A DNA stretch of 64,000 bases from Octopus vulgaris (taxonomy: Eukaryota). A program made the position numbers and the translations under genes. The notes under the pieces were generated by a model. It worked only from the letters and a program-made list of their open reading frames with translations, had not been told where the DNA came from and did no database searches. Shown here in pieces: positions 14,179 through 26,951 of this stretch; within the stretch, counting starts at the first letter, position 1; every line of letters begins with the position of its first letter. The stretch is from positions 100,564,001 to 100,628,000 of the forward strand of contig OX597814.1 of NCBI GenBank assembly GCA_951406725.2, read 5' to 3'.

Positions 14179-15432
14179 TATCAGCTCATTAACAATGAAA
14201 TGCCCTATTTTGAACTGAAATTTATTTTACTTTATCTCAACAAAATGTAATGCAGCTAATCAAAGTATGCACCTAAATTATCAACACAATTTTGCCATTT
14301 TATCAGTTGCTTATTTGTGCCGGCAACGAATAATTCTGGAGAGCAAGAGGTGCTGAAATCATAAAAGGCTGTTTTTGCATCTTCTTCAGACTGGCAGCTT
14401 TTTTACTGGCGAAAAGTTGTGTAATGCCTCGAAAACGTAATAGTCAGTTGGTGCATGGTCTGGTGAATATGGTGGATGGCAGAGTACTTCCAAGTTCAGT
14501 TCCTGTAATTTGAATAGCGTTCTTTGTGCAAATATAGTAGAACATTGTCTTGCAAGAGAAGTAGCCTGTCTTTATTGACTGATCTCGGTCGTTTAATTGC
14601 AAGTTCACTCACCATTTCATCAAATTGGTTGATGTATACATCCGCTATATTTAACTGACCAGGTCTCATGAAACTGTAATCGATGACAGAAGCGCTGGAC
14701 AACCAAACACTATTAGCTTTTTTGATAAATATTCTTTTTCAGATTGTGTTTTGGTACTCCGTCTCACTCCAACCACCGTGCAGAACGCTTGCTATTGTTG
14801 AAAAGAATCCATTTTTCATCACACGTAACAATACGATGCAAAAATTGTTCACCTTTATGCCGTGACAGCAAAGAACAGCAAGTTTCAAGACGACGTGCCA
14901 TTCGATGCTCGTTTAGTTCGTGTGGTACGCACTTGCCTAGCCTCTTTACCTTCCTGATTCGTTTCAGATTCTCCAATACAGTTAGAATCAAAACAGCAAA
15001 CCTTGCTGCTAACTCACGCGTAGTTTGAGATGTATCCGCTTCCACTACAGTTTCCAGCTTATCGTTATCAGGTCTAGCACGGGGCTGATTTTCAAGAGTT
15101 AAATCACCAGACCGGAACTTCTCAAACCATCGACGTACAGTGCGCTCATTCGCTTCATCTTCACCAAACACCTCATTGATGTTTCGAGATGTCTTGGATG
15201 CATTGGTTCCACGACGGAACTCATTTTCATAAACAACACAATTTTTTTTTATCTATCCATGAGTTCACAAAAATTGATGTACAAGAGAAAACACACATAT
15301 AATCAGACAAAATGAATTGCATTTCGAAAAGTGATGGTGCAACACTTCAATGTTGTAAAACGAAGAATTGTCAGAATAAAACAGAGTTAACGACTGTCTA
15401 ACTTGGGACATTTCATTTTTCATGACCTGATG
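14179..15432 (-). mobile_element. Full-length (~1.25 kb) degenerate mariner element (DD34D, Hsmar1/cecropia-like)
   Basis: Imperfect TIRs tatcagctcattaacaatgaaatgccc / gggacatttcatttttcatgacctgatg in TA context, with a transposase relic inside. Confidence 0.92.
14256..15260 (-). pseudogene. Mariner transposase pseudogene
   Basis: ERTVRRWFEKFRSGD, CVPHEL (WVPHEL motif), IVTCDEKW, LLLQDN, YSPDHAPTDY; stops and frameshifts. Confidence 0.92.
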
Positions 15433-15499
15433 TATATATATATATATATATATAGGAATAAAAAATGGAGTCAACGCAGGTTTAAACAAGTATTTTTTT

Positions 15500-15584
15500 C
15501 TTTCTACATATGTTTCAAAAATTCCACTGATACTTATTCAAAAGAATAAAAGGTATAAACAATGCAATCTTCTCTTCGGGAAAG
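15500..15584 (-). ncRNA. Type I hammerhead ribozyme-like motif (left pLTR copy)
   Basis: Reverse complement of the motif at 17668-17752. Confidence 0.7.
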
Positions 15585-15785
15585 TGAAAAAACGAAACTT
15601 GTCAATACGACATTTTAGCAAAAAATGATGGATTCGTATAGCGATAGACAGAACGCTATTAATATTGTTTAAAAAAACGTTATATGATATAACGTCATAA
15701 GTAGCTAACAGAAAGAGTAGGGATATTAATAGTGAATGTTAAATATAAAGGAAATTAAAGTCTAAACTATATATAATGATAGAGA

Positions 15786-17402
15786 CTACTTATATGCACT
15801 AAAAGTATGCTTTTGCCAATGCTTACATCTGTATGCTCGTTCTATAACCGTGTTTACTAGAGTATTTTTAGAAAAAATAATGAAAAATAGCTCAGAATTG
15901 CAGAGAAGACAGAATTTCTTGCCTTTGTCATATGGTATCGAAATTGAGAGGATCAACCATTCCAAATGAAATTGTTCATTGTGGTCTTTTAAATTCCAAA
16001 TCAGTTTGCTGAGACCGGTACTATTCCGTTTATTTCTATCCCTAAATGTTGAGTAATGGATAGAAATTCTCTTAGATAACTCTAACGATGTGCTTCCAAT
16101 GTAAAATCGTACTTTATTACGAGTACTGATTATACACTGGTATATAGAATTTTTAATCTTAGAGTTACTTGACATAAATTTAATTCTATTGGGATTGACT
16201 TCAGATACAATAACCTTGTTATTAATATTTCTAGAGGGTTGGATGGTAGTAGCTAAATTAATGTTAGTATTAGTAAATGTATTAATATTTAACAGTTTGT
16301 TATTATGAGAAGATATAATTTGCAAGAGATTTTTTGTGTTTGAAAAACCTATCCTAACCTTATGTGAATTAATTGTAGAGTAATATCTAGAATTATTTGG
16401 AAAATTCCTAGCAATAGCTTGACGAAACAGCAGTGGGAGATTAGATTTAATTTGTCTCCCGTAAGGAATTATTAACCAAATATTTTTACTAGTATTCATA
16501 GCGTAATTACTTTTGAAGGTGTTATATTTACTTTTAGATCGGTAATAGGGGAATAAATAAGGGTTATCTGCCTTCATTCGCTTTGTATCGGTGCGTAAGT
16601 TATGTTTGTTATCAATAATTCTTTTACGACTAGAAATCTTATCTACATTATTGAATTTACAATTAGACTGAGCAGAATCAATGTAGAAAATTTTTTCTGT
16701 ATAACCTGCTTTGATTAAGGCAGAGTTATAGAATTCAGCGTTATTATTGAAAATATCAACATTAGCAGATAATTTAGATAATCTAAATGAAATATTCTTA
16801 ACTAAATTCTTAGTAATTGCTCCAGGATGATTACTAAATTTGCTAATGTACTTAAGATTGGTCAACGGTTTATGATATGGGAAGTAAGAGTCACTGTGTA
16901 AATTAAGGGTAATATCTAAAATGTTGGCCTTCGTCAGATCGTCATCAAAAACGATTTTTAAGCCCATTCTACTGAAAAAATTAACTAAACTGTTCTTAAC
17001 TTTTTGTACCTTTTGGTTAGAAACATTTTGGAGGTAAAGTAAACAATCATCACGATATAGACCTCCATAAATGTTAGGGAACTCTTCAGCCATTTCAAAA
17101 AGAATGTATATACAGACCAAATCAGCTATCTGTGCTGAATCAGAACTTCCCATAGGTATATCGAAACTATCTGGTGTGTCTTTACGGACCCACAACTTAT
17201 CATCAAATTTAATAATAGATCTTCTGGCTGCCAACACAACATTAATTTCTTCTCGGGTGAGACCAGCTTTGTTATGAGCAAGCCAAAGTGCCTTATTAAT
17301 CCTCTCAATTTCGATAGCATATGACAAAGGCAAGAAATTCTGTCTTCTCTGCAATTCTGAGCTATTTTTCATTATTTTTTCTAAAAATACTCTAGTAAAC
17401 AC
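15786..17402 (-). CDS. PLE polyprotein: C-terminal half of RT plus GIY-YIG endonuclease; the first ~35 aa come from the inverted arm
   Basis: FDIPMGSSDSAQIADLV, GGLYRDDCL, NILDITLNL, SNHP; SIYQC..FYIGST..KRISIH..STGLSKLIWNLK; CLLCNSE..N..CKH. Uninterrupted, but RT motifs upstream of the QG/MG motif (including the first catalytic Asp) are missing. Confidence 0.85.
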   Translation of the reverse strand: MFTRVFLEKIMKNSSELQRRQNFLPLSYAIEIERINKALWLAHNKAGLTREEINVVLAARRSIIKFDDKLWVRKDTPDSFDIPMGSSDSAQIADLVCIYILFEMAEEFPNIYGGLYRDDCLLYLQNVSNQKVQKVKNSLVNFFSRMGLKIVFDDDLTKANILDITLNLHSDSYFPYHKPLTNLKYISKFSNHPGAITKNLVKNISFRLSKLSANVDIFNNNAEFYNSALIKAGYTEKIFYIDSAQSNCKFNNVDKISSRKRIIDNKHNLRTDTKRMKADNPYLFPYYRSKSKYNTFKSNYAMNTSKNIWLIIPYGRQIKSNLPLLFRQAIARNFPNNSRYYSTINSHKVRIGFSNTKNLLQIISSHNNKLLNINTFTNTNINLATTIQPSRNINNKVIVSEVNPNRIKFMSSNSKIKNSIYQCIISTRNKVRFYIGSTSLELSKRISIHYSTFRDRNKRNSTGLSKLIWNLKDHNEQFHLEWLILSISIPYDKGKKFCLLCNSELFFIIFSKNTLVNTVIERAYRCKHWQKHTFSAYK

Positions 17403-17667
17403 GGTTATAGAACGAGCATACAGATGTAAGCATTGGCAAAAGCATACTTTTAGTGCATATAAGTAGTCTCTATCATTATATATAGTTTAGACTTTAATTT
17501 CCTTTATATTTAACATTCACTATTAATATCCCTACTCTTTCTGTTAGCTACTTATGACGTTATATCATATAACGTTTTTTTAAACAATATTAATAGCGTT
17601 CTGTCTATCGCTATACGAATCCATCATTTTTTGCTAAAATGTCGTATTGACAAGTTTCGTTTTTTCA

Positions 17668-17752
17668 CTTTCCCGAAGAGAAGATTGCATTGTTTATACC
17701 TTTTATTCTTTTGAATAAGTATCAGTGGAATTTTTGAAACATATGTAGAAAG
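17668..17752 (+). ncRNA. Type I hammerhead ribozyme-like motif with extended stem II and a U4C core
   Basis: ctttc-CCGAAGA-[long hairpin gaagattgcattg..ttattc-tttt-gaataa..cagtggaattttt]-GAAA-catatg-TA-gaaag; stem I ctttc/gaaag; palindromic stem III as in PLE HHRs. Confidence 0.72.
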
Positions 17753-17939
17753 AAAAAATACTTGTTTAAACCTGCGTTGACTCCATTTTTTATTCCTATT
17801 ATTCAAATATTCAACGTAAACACGAAGTTTCAACCTTTATAAACAAGGAATTACAACATCTTTACTTGTGAGATTTTGCTGCCCTGGTAACTATTCATTC
17901 ATTTATCCGTGTTAATTGTTAACAAGGTAAAATACACTC

Positions 17940-17971
<32 letters not shown>

Positions 17972-19039
17972 ATGTATATATGTATATATATATATATACA
18001 CGTGTGTGTGTATATATACATGTTTGTATGTATATATACAAACATACACACTCATGTTATAGATACATATATGAGTACATATGTATAACTGTGTGTATAC
18101 ACACACACATATGTATATATATATATATATATATACATATATATCAATGGGAAAACATATTATCAATGGGAAAAGGGAGAGAGATTTTAAAAGAGAAATA
18201 GAGAAGGAAATGTTAATAAATATTTGATGTAAGAATTAAATCGGATCTTAATATTTACCATTTAAGCTACGGCATCACTGACTGATTTATCACCATTTGA
18301 TCTCAATCGTGTGTAGTTTGGAATGTTTGAAGCTCCCTGCTGTGCTTTCTCACTATTTCAAATACACATATATCCGAAGCAAGTACTTTTAAATGAATAT
18401 TACCTCAGCATTAATTTTCAGCATAAATTTTGTCAAGTGAGTAAGCAAAACTGAAATATTTTAGTGGTAATAACATTCTCTTTACTTCATTGAAATAAAT
18501 ACGCAATAATATAATCTACAGCTGGAGCGCCAAGCATTGTTCACGCTGTTTTTGTTGTTATTGCTTTATCTCAAGGAAGAGATCTGTGGGCGAAGGGGTC
18601 CAAGTAGACTGTGGCGACAGAGCATACACAGAATAACGTTAAGCTCTGTGTTATTCTTTTTATTTTCTCTTTTAATATTAGGGTACGATTGAAGTATATT
18701 CGGCTGTAATTCTTATATTTTTGTTGCACGGTTGCGAGTTGTGAAACACTACTCCATCGATGATTTATTTAAATTTAGCGGTTGAGTGATAAAAACATGC
18801 GTATTATTATTTCAGGCACGTGCTCCGAGACATGAAGGAACAATTAATTTTTGTTGGGGCCGGGTAGCATAGAATTAGCGTGCCAGCAAACCACAGTTTC
18901 CTTTCTATGATGTATCGCCCTTGTATGCTTATCCGTTAACGATTATGATTTTCCAACAGTTCTTTCTCAAACTCTTCTCATTGAATTGTGCAGTGGAGAG
19001 AAATGAATTTCATAACTATATTGTCACGAGCTACGATTA

Positions 19040-19560
19040 GGAAGACGAGTGGGGTGAAAAACGGTTTTCAGGTAATGATGTTGAAGATATACTTAGCCAA
19101 TATACAAAAGGCAAATTACAAGGATTAGAGATCTGTCCTATGAGCTCTGTTTGTAGATGACAGGCTTGTCCTCTCTTGTACTGAAAATGACTTGTTGCAG
19201 GGAGCATCAGGCTTAGAGAGCACTTCCAGTCGAGTGTGTTGCAATGACACATCGCTGATAAGGAAGGACATGAATAAGCGCGATGTAATAAAAAAAAATC
19301 TGACCCATAAATCTTCACAACGCAGAATTGAATGCTTTGACGAACCACATCGGTTGGCGCTTGAAATCAATGTCATTTCGGAACGAGCACATTTGTGCGA
19401 AACTTAGCAGGCATTTTCGTATTCATCTTAGTGGATCGGAAATAGATCTTGTATTGTCAGGATGCTTGTTTATTTGGATCAATCCAAAATGTTCGGGAGC
19501 ATAGATCATCGCTAACTTCCGATTGTTCTAAGTCCAAGCGAATCGGTCCGAATTCTATAA
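19040..19560 (+). mobile_element. Old L1/Tx1-clade RT fragment
   Basis: Relic of GKSPGLDGLPYELY near 19110-19150; MLVYLDQSKMFGSIDHR (LDQSKAFDRVDH) at ~19462-19512. Confidence 0.65.
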
Positions 19561-19599
19561 TTTACATAAATGTTTTCTATTTATCGCGCTGTTGATGAA

Positions 19600-20650
19600 T
19601 AGTAAGCATTTCTGTAGATACATATAGCAGGAAAATATAAAATTAACAAGATTTCTAGTAGAGATTATTTCAGATAGACTCCTACTATCAAAACTTTAAC
19701 ATGCTAAAACGGAAGTGGACACGAATGCCAATGCGCACAGAAGCCAATGAACAAACTTTTGTATATAGGAGACACAAAATTATGAAGCTCATGAAATCAC
19801 TTGAAACATTCGTGCACACCTTGCATGGATTTACTAGGGGTATTGATATAACATTAGATTAAAGACATCACAAAGTCAAACTTGTATAAAAGTTATAAAA
19901 AGTAGCAACGTGTTAGATAAAGAAACAGAGATAAGACAGGCATACACATACATCGGTATTAGGGTATAACTAACTGCCAAAAGAAACAACGCTAACGCTT
20001 CAGCAAAGCCTCGTATTACAGCATATCTTGCTAAGGTAATGGCATGAAATATCACTACGTAACCGATCTTTAAAAAACCGAAACAGGGATAGAGGGGGGC
20101 TAGAAATCACAGCACCACCTGAAAAATGTAGAGCTGAAATCTAAACTGATGGATTCTTGTGCAATAGGACAAAGTTAAAATCTACTTACCAGAAATCACC
20201 AAAATACAGCAGAATCGCTTTAGTATTTGCAGTATATATGTAGTTGAAGAAGAAAATTTACCTTATCCGCGTAAATTAAATAGCTGCGTTATATATAGTG
20301 GCGTAAAAAAAAACTCAATTAACTTCATCTTTTTAGCATAATGAATGCATTTACAATGTAGGACGTTAGGTTCCCATTATGAAATATCAGTTGTAGGAAG
20401 TGAAATGCCTCATAAACAAACTATCTGTCTAAACAGGCGATAATGCACATGAAAGAAAGTGAAGGAAACAAAAGCAATTCCCATAATAATAGGTGTCTTT
20501 AAATGATTAAAAGCAGGCACAAGAATACATAATCAAATTTCCAGAACTTACAAACAAGCATGATATAAGAGAAATAGCACAATTAAACAAATCCGCATAC
20601 ATTACACATCATAGAAATTTTTTTTTAAAACCAGATGTTTACACAGAACA
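19600..20650 (+). mobile_element. Highly degenerate R4/Dong RT-to-C-terminus relic
   Basis: NKLLYIGDTKL (NHLLYMDDIKL) near 19750; AIPIIIGVF..EYIIKFPELTNKHDIREIA near 20475-20580 matches the Dong C-terminus at 5870-6000. Confidence 0.5.
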
Positions 20651-20949
20651 TACCCAAGATACACACTGTTCTGCTCCGTAGTGCAGTTAATGCGAACAAT
20701 ACAATTGAGACGCTACTGAAAAATAATGATAATTATCATATGAAAAAATAGGCCTAATCCGTATTGTATGAGAAAAATGCCCGTTGAATCGTAGCTCTCC
20801 CTAAAAGAAAAAAGAAAGATAAATCTAATGGTATCCTTAATTTGAAGAGCATAATTAAACATAATAGTATAGACAGTGATGCTCTAATGATATCTTTAGT
20901 ATAAGTCAGACTTATTTTATGTCTTACATATACTGCGACTCACAGTATT

Positions 20950-22800
20950 GTTTAAATGACATATATTGTTTAAATGACATTCAACTTTCATCTTTACTAT
21001 TTTATGCGCCTTCACATCATCCATTCTGTTTTGCTACAAATCAGTTTTTCCTATGTATTTATTCATTCCAGCACAGTTATTACAGTTACGGCTACGTAAG
21101 TTGTAGGAAAACAGGTGATGGATCTATAGATTTGCAGTGTTTGTTATTTCTTTATTTCAGGGATTTATGACAGTTTTCTGTTCACTGAACCAGTCAGGTG
21201 TTATTTCCAGTTCTTTATTATAATATTAGATATGTTTTCTGTTAATTAATCTGTGTCCTTCTTGAGTATTTCAGTCACGAGCTTGTAATTTTATCGAAGA
21301 CCAGTGCCGTCCAATTGTTTGTTCAAGCGATGCCTAAATTACTTTCTGAACTGGAATGTGTCTACCTAACCAGATTCCTTATGTACAAGGTGTTGTTGAG
21401 GCGATTCTTTTGTTGACCGTTCCTCTTCTCAAAATTCTTTCAATCTCTTGCAGAAAGTGTTACTTTGGTTTATGTTTTATTTGTGCCTTGTTCTTGTATA
21501 AAATGTTTATGGTTTAGGATCACACTGCTTGGTTATATTTGTATTCAAGAAAACGTGTCAGATTTCATAACCACAGATGCGTTGCAATTTAGCGAGGATC
21601 TGTTTTAGGCATTCTTTGGTTTCGGGTAGATTTTCGTTATAAGATAGTTCCGTTTTGTGTTTCTTCATATTTATTCAATATAACATTTTGTAATTGATTT
21701 CGTTAACACTAAATTCTTATATTTTCTAGCGTTTTTTTTTTTCTGTATGTTTGCTTCCACGTTTTAATATCTTATATCTGTAATAGTGAAGGGATACACT
21801 GTTTCTTTTGTAACTACTATGGTTGTTGCATAATCCATTTTGTTTATGCTAATAATATTGATGTCCACCTTCGCTTTCATTAACTGCAGAAGGCTATGTT
21901 TGTGTTTTTGTTGTTATTTTATCGTTACATACATTCAATTATTTCCATATTTACATTTCTTGATATTCATAATTTCCATTTATAGGATTTTCTATTCTTA
22001 AATTTCTATCATATTCCCTTATCTGCTGATTGTTTTCTGGTTCAGCTATTGCTGGTCATTTGGGTGTTTAACCCCTTAAAATTTTATCCTGTATATTTTC
22101 ATTCAGAGATGTCTAGGAAATATGTATTTGAACGGAAATATACATTCACTGTACTCTGGGGTATTTGTCACTAACCCGAAATACTTCATTCATGATGTTA
22201 TTCCCGTTTTCTATCATTGAATATCAGTAACTTCACAATAAATCATAACTGACCCAAAATAGTTTATGTACCTATTCTTCCTTACACACCGATTCAAAAA
22301 AAATGATGAAAACTATATCGTTTACATACAAAAAATGTGTATCTTAAGGGGTTAACATTAAGTTTGTTAATTACTCTGTTTTGTACGTGTTACTTCTGTC
22401 TTCGTGGCTTACCTTATGATTAATTCGGTTTTCGTCTCATTATGTTCAATTTGTTTACTATACAAGCGTTTATTATGTGTTTTTTGTTTGTTTTTAAAGG
22501 AATATATTTCTATCAATCTTTCTGGATATGAAAATATACCTTCTTAAATTAACTAGCTCATTGAGAACTAAATTATAGTGGTCTCGTTTCTGGAGTAGAA
22601 TGTAACTGTGAATATACATGCAGTACCGAAATGTTTTCTTCTCTTGTCCATTTACACCTTTTCTGTTTCCGAAACTGTAGAACTTAAGTTCGGGCACTTA
22701 TTAAGTTCTAATCATTACCGATGAATTTTTTAAGGCTATTTAAAGTTTTGCTATTTTTGGTATATTTTATGCATCAATTTCAAAGTACACTTGTCTCTTT
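20950..22800 (-). mobile_element. Highly degenerate R4/Dong 5'/RT N-terminal relic; right boundary uncertain
   Basis: Minus strand NNWTALVFDKIT (NWKAPG.D.I) and TPDWFSEQKTVINP..YRSITCFPT (PEWL..G.T.LIPK..YRPITCLPT) at ~21100-21320. Confidence 0.5.
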
Positions 22801-23189
22801 TAATTTTTGGTGTGAATGATATGTTTTCACATTGCTCTTTAATTTTATTTTATTTTACTTATTTTTGGTTAGAACTGATGTTCATATTGATTTCTGCTGT
22901 GTTACTTTCCGTTCACAACCAACTAAATATGTGAACACGTGTAGTACATTACTAACATGCGATAAAAATCCAACAACGTTTCGCCAATCAAATAATGTAT
23001 TACACAGCTACCTTTCAAAATGTTGGGAATAATTTTTTTTCCATTTGATTGATTGCTATTTCAACGGTGTGAGTGGATAATTTTTCAAGTAACATTTAAT
23101 ATATTAATTGTCACCTTGTGTTCTCGTTAAACGTCCTCAAGTTTCTCTTAAACACATTCTGGATTATTAGTGTTGCTGCTGTTGTTATT

Positions 23190-23222
<33 letters not shown>

Positions 23223-23223
23223 A

Positions 23224-23282
<59 letters not shown>

Positions 23283-23295
23283 TTATTATTATTAT

Positions 23296-23635
23296 TCTGA
23301 AAGACACTCGGATAGTTCTTTGATTTCCGGTTGTTCTTTACTTGAAAACAGGCCAATAACAAATCACCAAATGTTTCAAGTAGTGCCTTCTCCTCTGACT
23401 CAAAGAGACAATACTCTCCTCAGAATGCGAGCCGTACCCAACAATGCTGTCTTCTGGATCACTTCGAGCCTGACAGCAGCTCCAATATTCTTAATATATT
23501 TTTCAAAGCGCTTGGAAACTGCTCATAATGCTTCAATTACCACAGGTATCACCATTAATTTCTTCATGTCCCACAACTTTCCTTTCTTGTCCCGCAGTGG
23601 CTGGTATTTCTCACTCTTTTCTGTTTCCTTCACTA

Positions 23636-23637
<2 letters not shown>
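23296..23637 (-). mobile_element. R4/Dong 3' end, third family, in (TAA)n
   Basis: EKSEKYQPL..KLWDMKKLMVIPVVI.AL..VIQKTALLGTARILRRVLSL*; (ATT)n on both sides. Confidence 0.85.
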
Positions 23638-23669
<32 letters not shown>

Positions 23670-23672
23670 CAT

Positions 23673-24014
<342 letters not shown>

Positions 24015-24129
24015 CATTGGTTTCAAAATAATGTATTTGCACCCTTTACGTTTATAACATCGTGAACAAGTTATTTGCTGTTGAGTGGTGAGTTTATTAA
24101 ATTGTTTTTATTTTCTTAAATCAAGAATG

Positions 24130-25560
24130 TAAGGAGCGTCACCAAGTGCCAATGGGAGGGAGTGCATGAGTGCGAGCAGACTTCGGTCTGAAAGACAAAA
24201 CAGACGATAGTCATGTTTTTCCCAGGGAAACAAACGAGAGAGACAACAGAGCCAATGTTTTCAATGAAGATCACTCAGAGGATCTTTTGAAAAGCAAAGG
24301 CTTTGTCTTTAGCAATATTATTCGATGGGAAAACATTAGCTTCGAGAGTGCAAGGGGTGAAGGCCCTTCCGTGAGCGAGGCAGCAGATGAGTTGGCTGCA
24401 AACAACAGCAACAGTAGGAACAGCAACAACAGCAACATCAGCAGCAGCACCTCAACAACCAGAGCGATGAAGAGGTGTGGTCACTGTTCGCCAGACACGT
24501 ATTTCCGCAGTTAGTTTTCTTAACGGGGCTGCAGTCCTGGGTAAAATAGAAACCGAGAGGGAGTTTTGGGAAAGTGAAATATCTTCAAGCACTCACAACC
24601 CTCAGTCCATTGGACAGTGCGATAGATGGAACATCCACTTTAGCTTTTTTATAGACGATTAGTAGAGGCGGGGTGCGACGACGTTCTTGGGGAGACATTA
24701 GGCGTCGAAGAAGATCAGTTAGTTGTTCTTTTCCGGAGAACTTTCTGGCCCAGACCAATGGATTATTTCTAAAAAATCTCTGACCTTGCAGTGCTACGAG
24801 GGAGCTCTGCTTGTTCGAGACAAACTTTACAGTCACGGAAGTGCCGTCAGCCGAGCATTTCCGAGGTGCGCGCTGTACGACGAGACGGTCCTTTATGCAC
24901 TCGTGCAGTCCCCGAGAATTGCTGACCTGGGGATTATGTCGAACACCTGCTGTCGTGTGTGGGAAGGATTCGGCTATCAACTGAATCCATCCTGAAGATC
25001 GCCCCACTGCCTTCCTTTAACCGGGAAGTAAATACTCTTTTCCTATTCCTGGTGATCATGGTGAAAGAAGTGTTGTAAACGAGATTAAAGGGACTGAAAA
25101 CAAACTTTTCTTTTTGGCCAATCTCTGATGAACTTCTTCAAGTCTCATTTGAAAAAGAAAATAAGAGTAAAGAGGGAAGTACTGTCTTCTAGTCAGTTTG
25201 CTGAAAGGTGGATGAAAGTGGCGAGAATGGTGTGATTGAACAGGCCTGCTCTGAGCATATGCCTGCAGTTGGAAAGAGGATTGGAAACGAAGAAAAGAAA
25301 AGGCAGCTGCCCCAAAAGTCGGGGTACCTATGGTTTTTATGGGACGATTCCATGAGCAGCCCTCGAACGTCTCCTCCCTGTTGAGAATTACACATTGTTG
25401 AGCTTTTATTTTCAATTATATTAATCTTGTTAACACGCAAAACTCTCACAACTACACACGCTCACACACATACAGATACATTATTTTTTTGTCCTATGCT
25501 GTCCATAATGTTTTTTTTTTCATGTAAACCCTTGTGGTTAATAAAGAAATTGTCGTCATT

Positions 25561-25610
<50 letters not shown>

Positions 25611-25620
25611 TATCATCATC
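24130..25620 (+). mobile_element. Degenerate, probably internally deleted L1/Tx1-clade LINE: ORF2 C-terminus, 3' UTR and (ATC)n tail
   Basis: QCYEGALLVRDKLYSHGSAVSRAFPRC..DETVLYALVQS is a decayed zf-RVT CCHC; NFFKSHL..KIRVKREVLSSSQFAERW; ends cccttgtggttaataaagaaat followed by (ATC)n. The 5' part (24130-24560) is less certain. Confidence 0.7.
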
Positions 25621-25624
25621 ATAT

Positions 25625-25850
25625 AAAGCTGCGAGGTTGACAGCATCTTTAGAACACCGGACAACATGCTAAGCGGCATTTCGTCCATCTTTACGTTCTG
25701 AGTTCAAATTTCGCCGAGGTCGACATTGCGGTTCATCCTTTCGGTCTCGATGAAATAAATACCAGTCAAGTAATGGGATCAATGAAATTGACTTGTCCAT
25801 TCCCTAAAATTTCAAACCTTGATCCTGTAGTGGAGAGGATTATTATTATA
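25625..25850 (+). mobile_element. SINE family A
   Basis: Matches the family consensus, including the gagttcaaat B-box. Confidence 0.7.
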
Positions 25851-26391
25851 TAAGGACACAATATGATACAACTGTTAAGAACCTGACAAAATACCTTGGG
25901 GTGTTTTGCTACGTGCCGTGCTCATGTGATTTCAAATTCTTTCGCGGCAAACTGTGCTTCTCACCATTCTGGGGTTTATAAAATAAATCCCAGTCAAGTG
26001 TTGAGGTTCAACCGAATTAACTACACTCTTGCCCTGCAAATTGATGGCCTTCTGACAATGTTATTATTTAGGTTATCTGTCAATCTGTTAACCACAGAGC
26101 CTACATTTCCTCTTCTGTTCCAACTGAAAGGTTACGTGGTAATGAGATTCATAAACCCATGAACATAAAATATTAAATTGCTGGAGGAAATCGGAATCCA
26201 CGTGGGAAAAAACTGTAAGAAGAGTGATAACTAGCAAGAAGTTATAACAGTTATGTTTAGGGAGAAAAAAGGTGTATTTTCTTTATTTCATAAAGGAGAA
26301 ATAAAGAGTAAATACATTTCCAGAGAAATGCAAAACTGTACATTGATCTGAAACACACATGGACACACACTCACATAATCAAACACATGCA

Positions 26392-26422
<31 letters not shown>

Positions 26423-26689
26423 CACAGATTTGTATATACGTGTGTATATTTGTGTGTGCGCGTGTGTTCATCATTCTGATATGATATGACCGAATTGTTA
26501 AGACGTTTGCTTTGTATCAACGACGTCCTAGGATCGAAATCAATGCTTGGCATGATAGTTAAATTTAATTTTTAGCAGTCACAAATCGACCCATAATAGA
26601 TGAATGGAAGAAGATAGACAGAGAAAGTATACAAGCTTAACAGATGGATTGTTCACGCAGTATAAGTGTTCACGCACATATTGAGCATG

Positions 26690-26772
<83 letters not shown>

Positions 26773-26951
26773 ACGCATATATATGTATGTACGTGTACGT
26801 GTTTGTATGAAGATACATGTATATGTATACATGTAGAAATGTGTGTATGCATGTATACACGTGTATACAGATGCATATATATGTATATATATGTGTGTGA
26901 GTGTATCTATGTGTGTACGCACACACACACACACACACATATATATATGTA

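Larger units (their letters stand above)
15452..17940 (-). mobile_element. 5'-truncated Penelope-like element (Naiad-type) with an inverted pseudo-LTR, inserted in (TA)n
   Basis: RT plus GIY-YIG ORF; 15452-15953 is the inverted copy of 17299-17799 (I see 1 substitution and 1 indel); (TA)n on both flanks; 17800-17940 is probably an extension of the right arm. Confidence 0.92.

Noticed and set aside
15786-17402. Selenocysteine recoding as reported for some Naiad PLEs
   Set aside because: There is no in-frame TGA in the retained ORF, and the 3' hairpin is explained by HHR stem II.
24585-24640. STHNPQSIGQCDRWN resembling the retroviral integrase HPQSNG..ER motif
   Set aside because: No other integrase motifs or LTRs; it lies within sequence better explained as L1/Tx1 ORF2.
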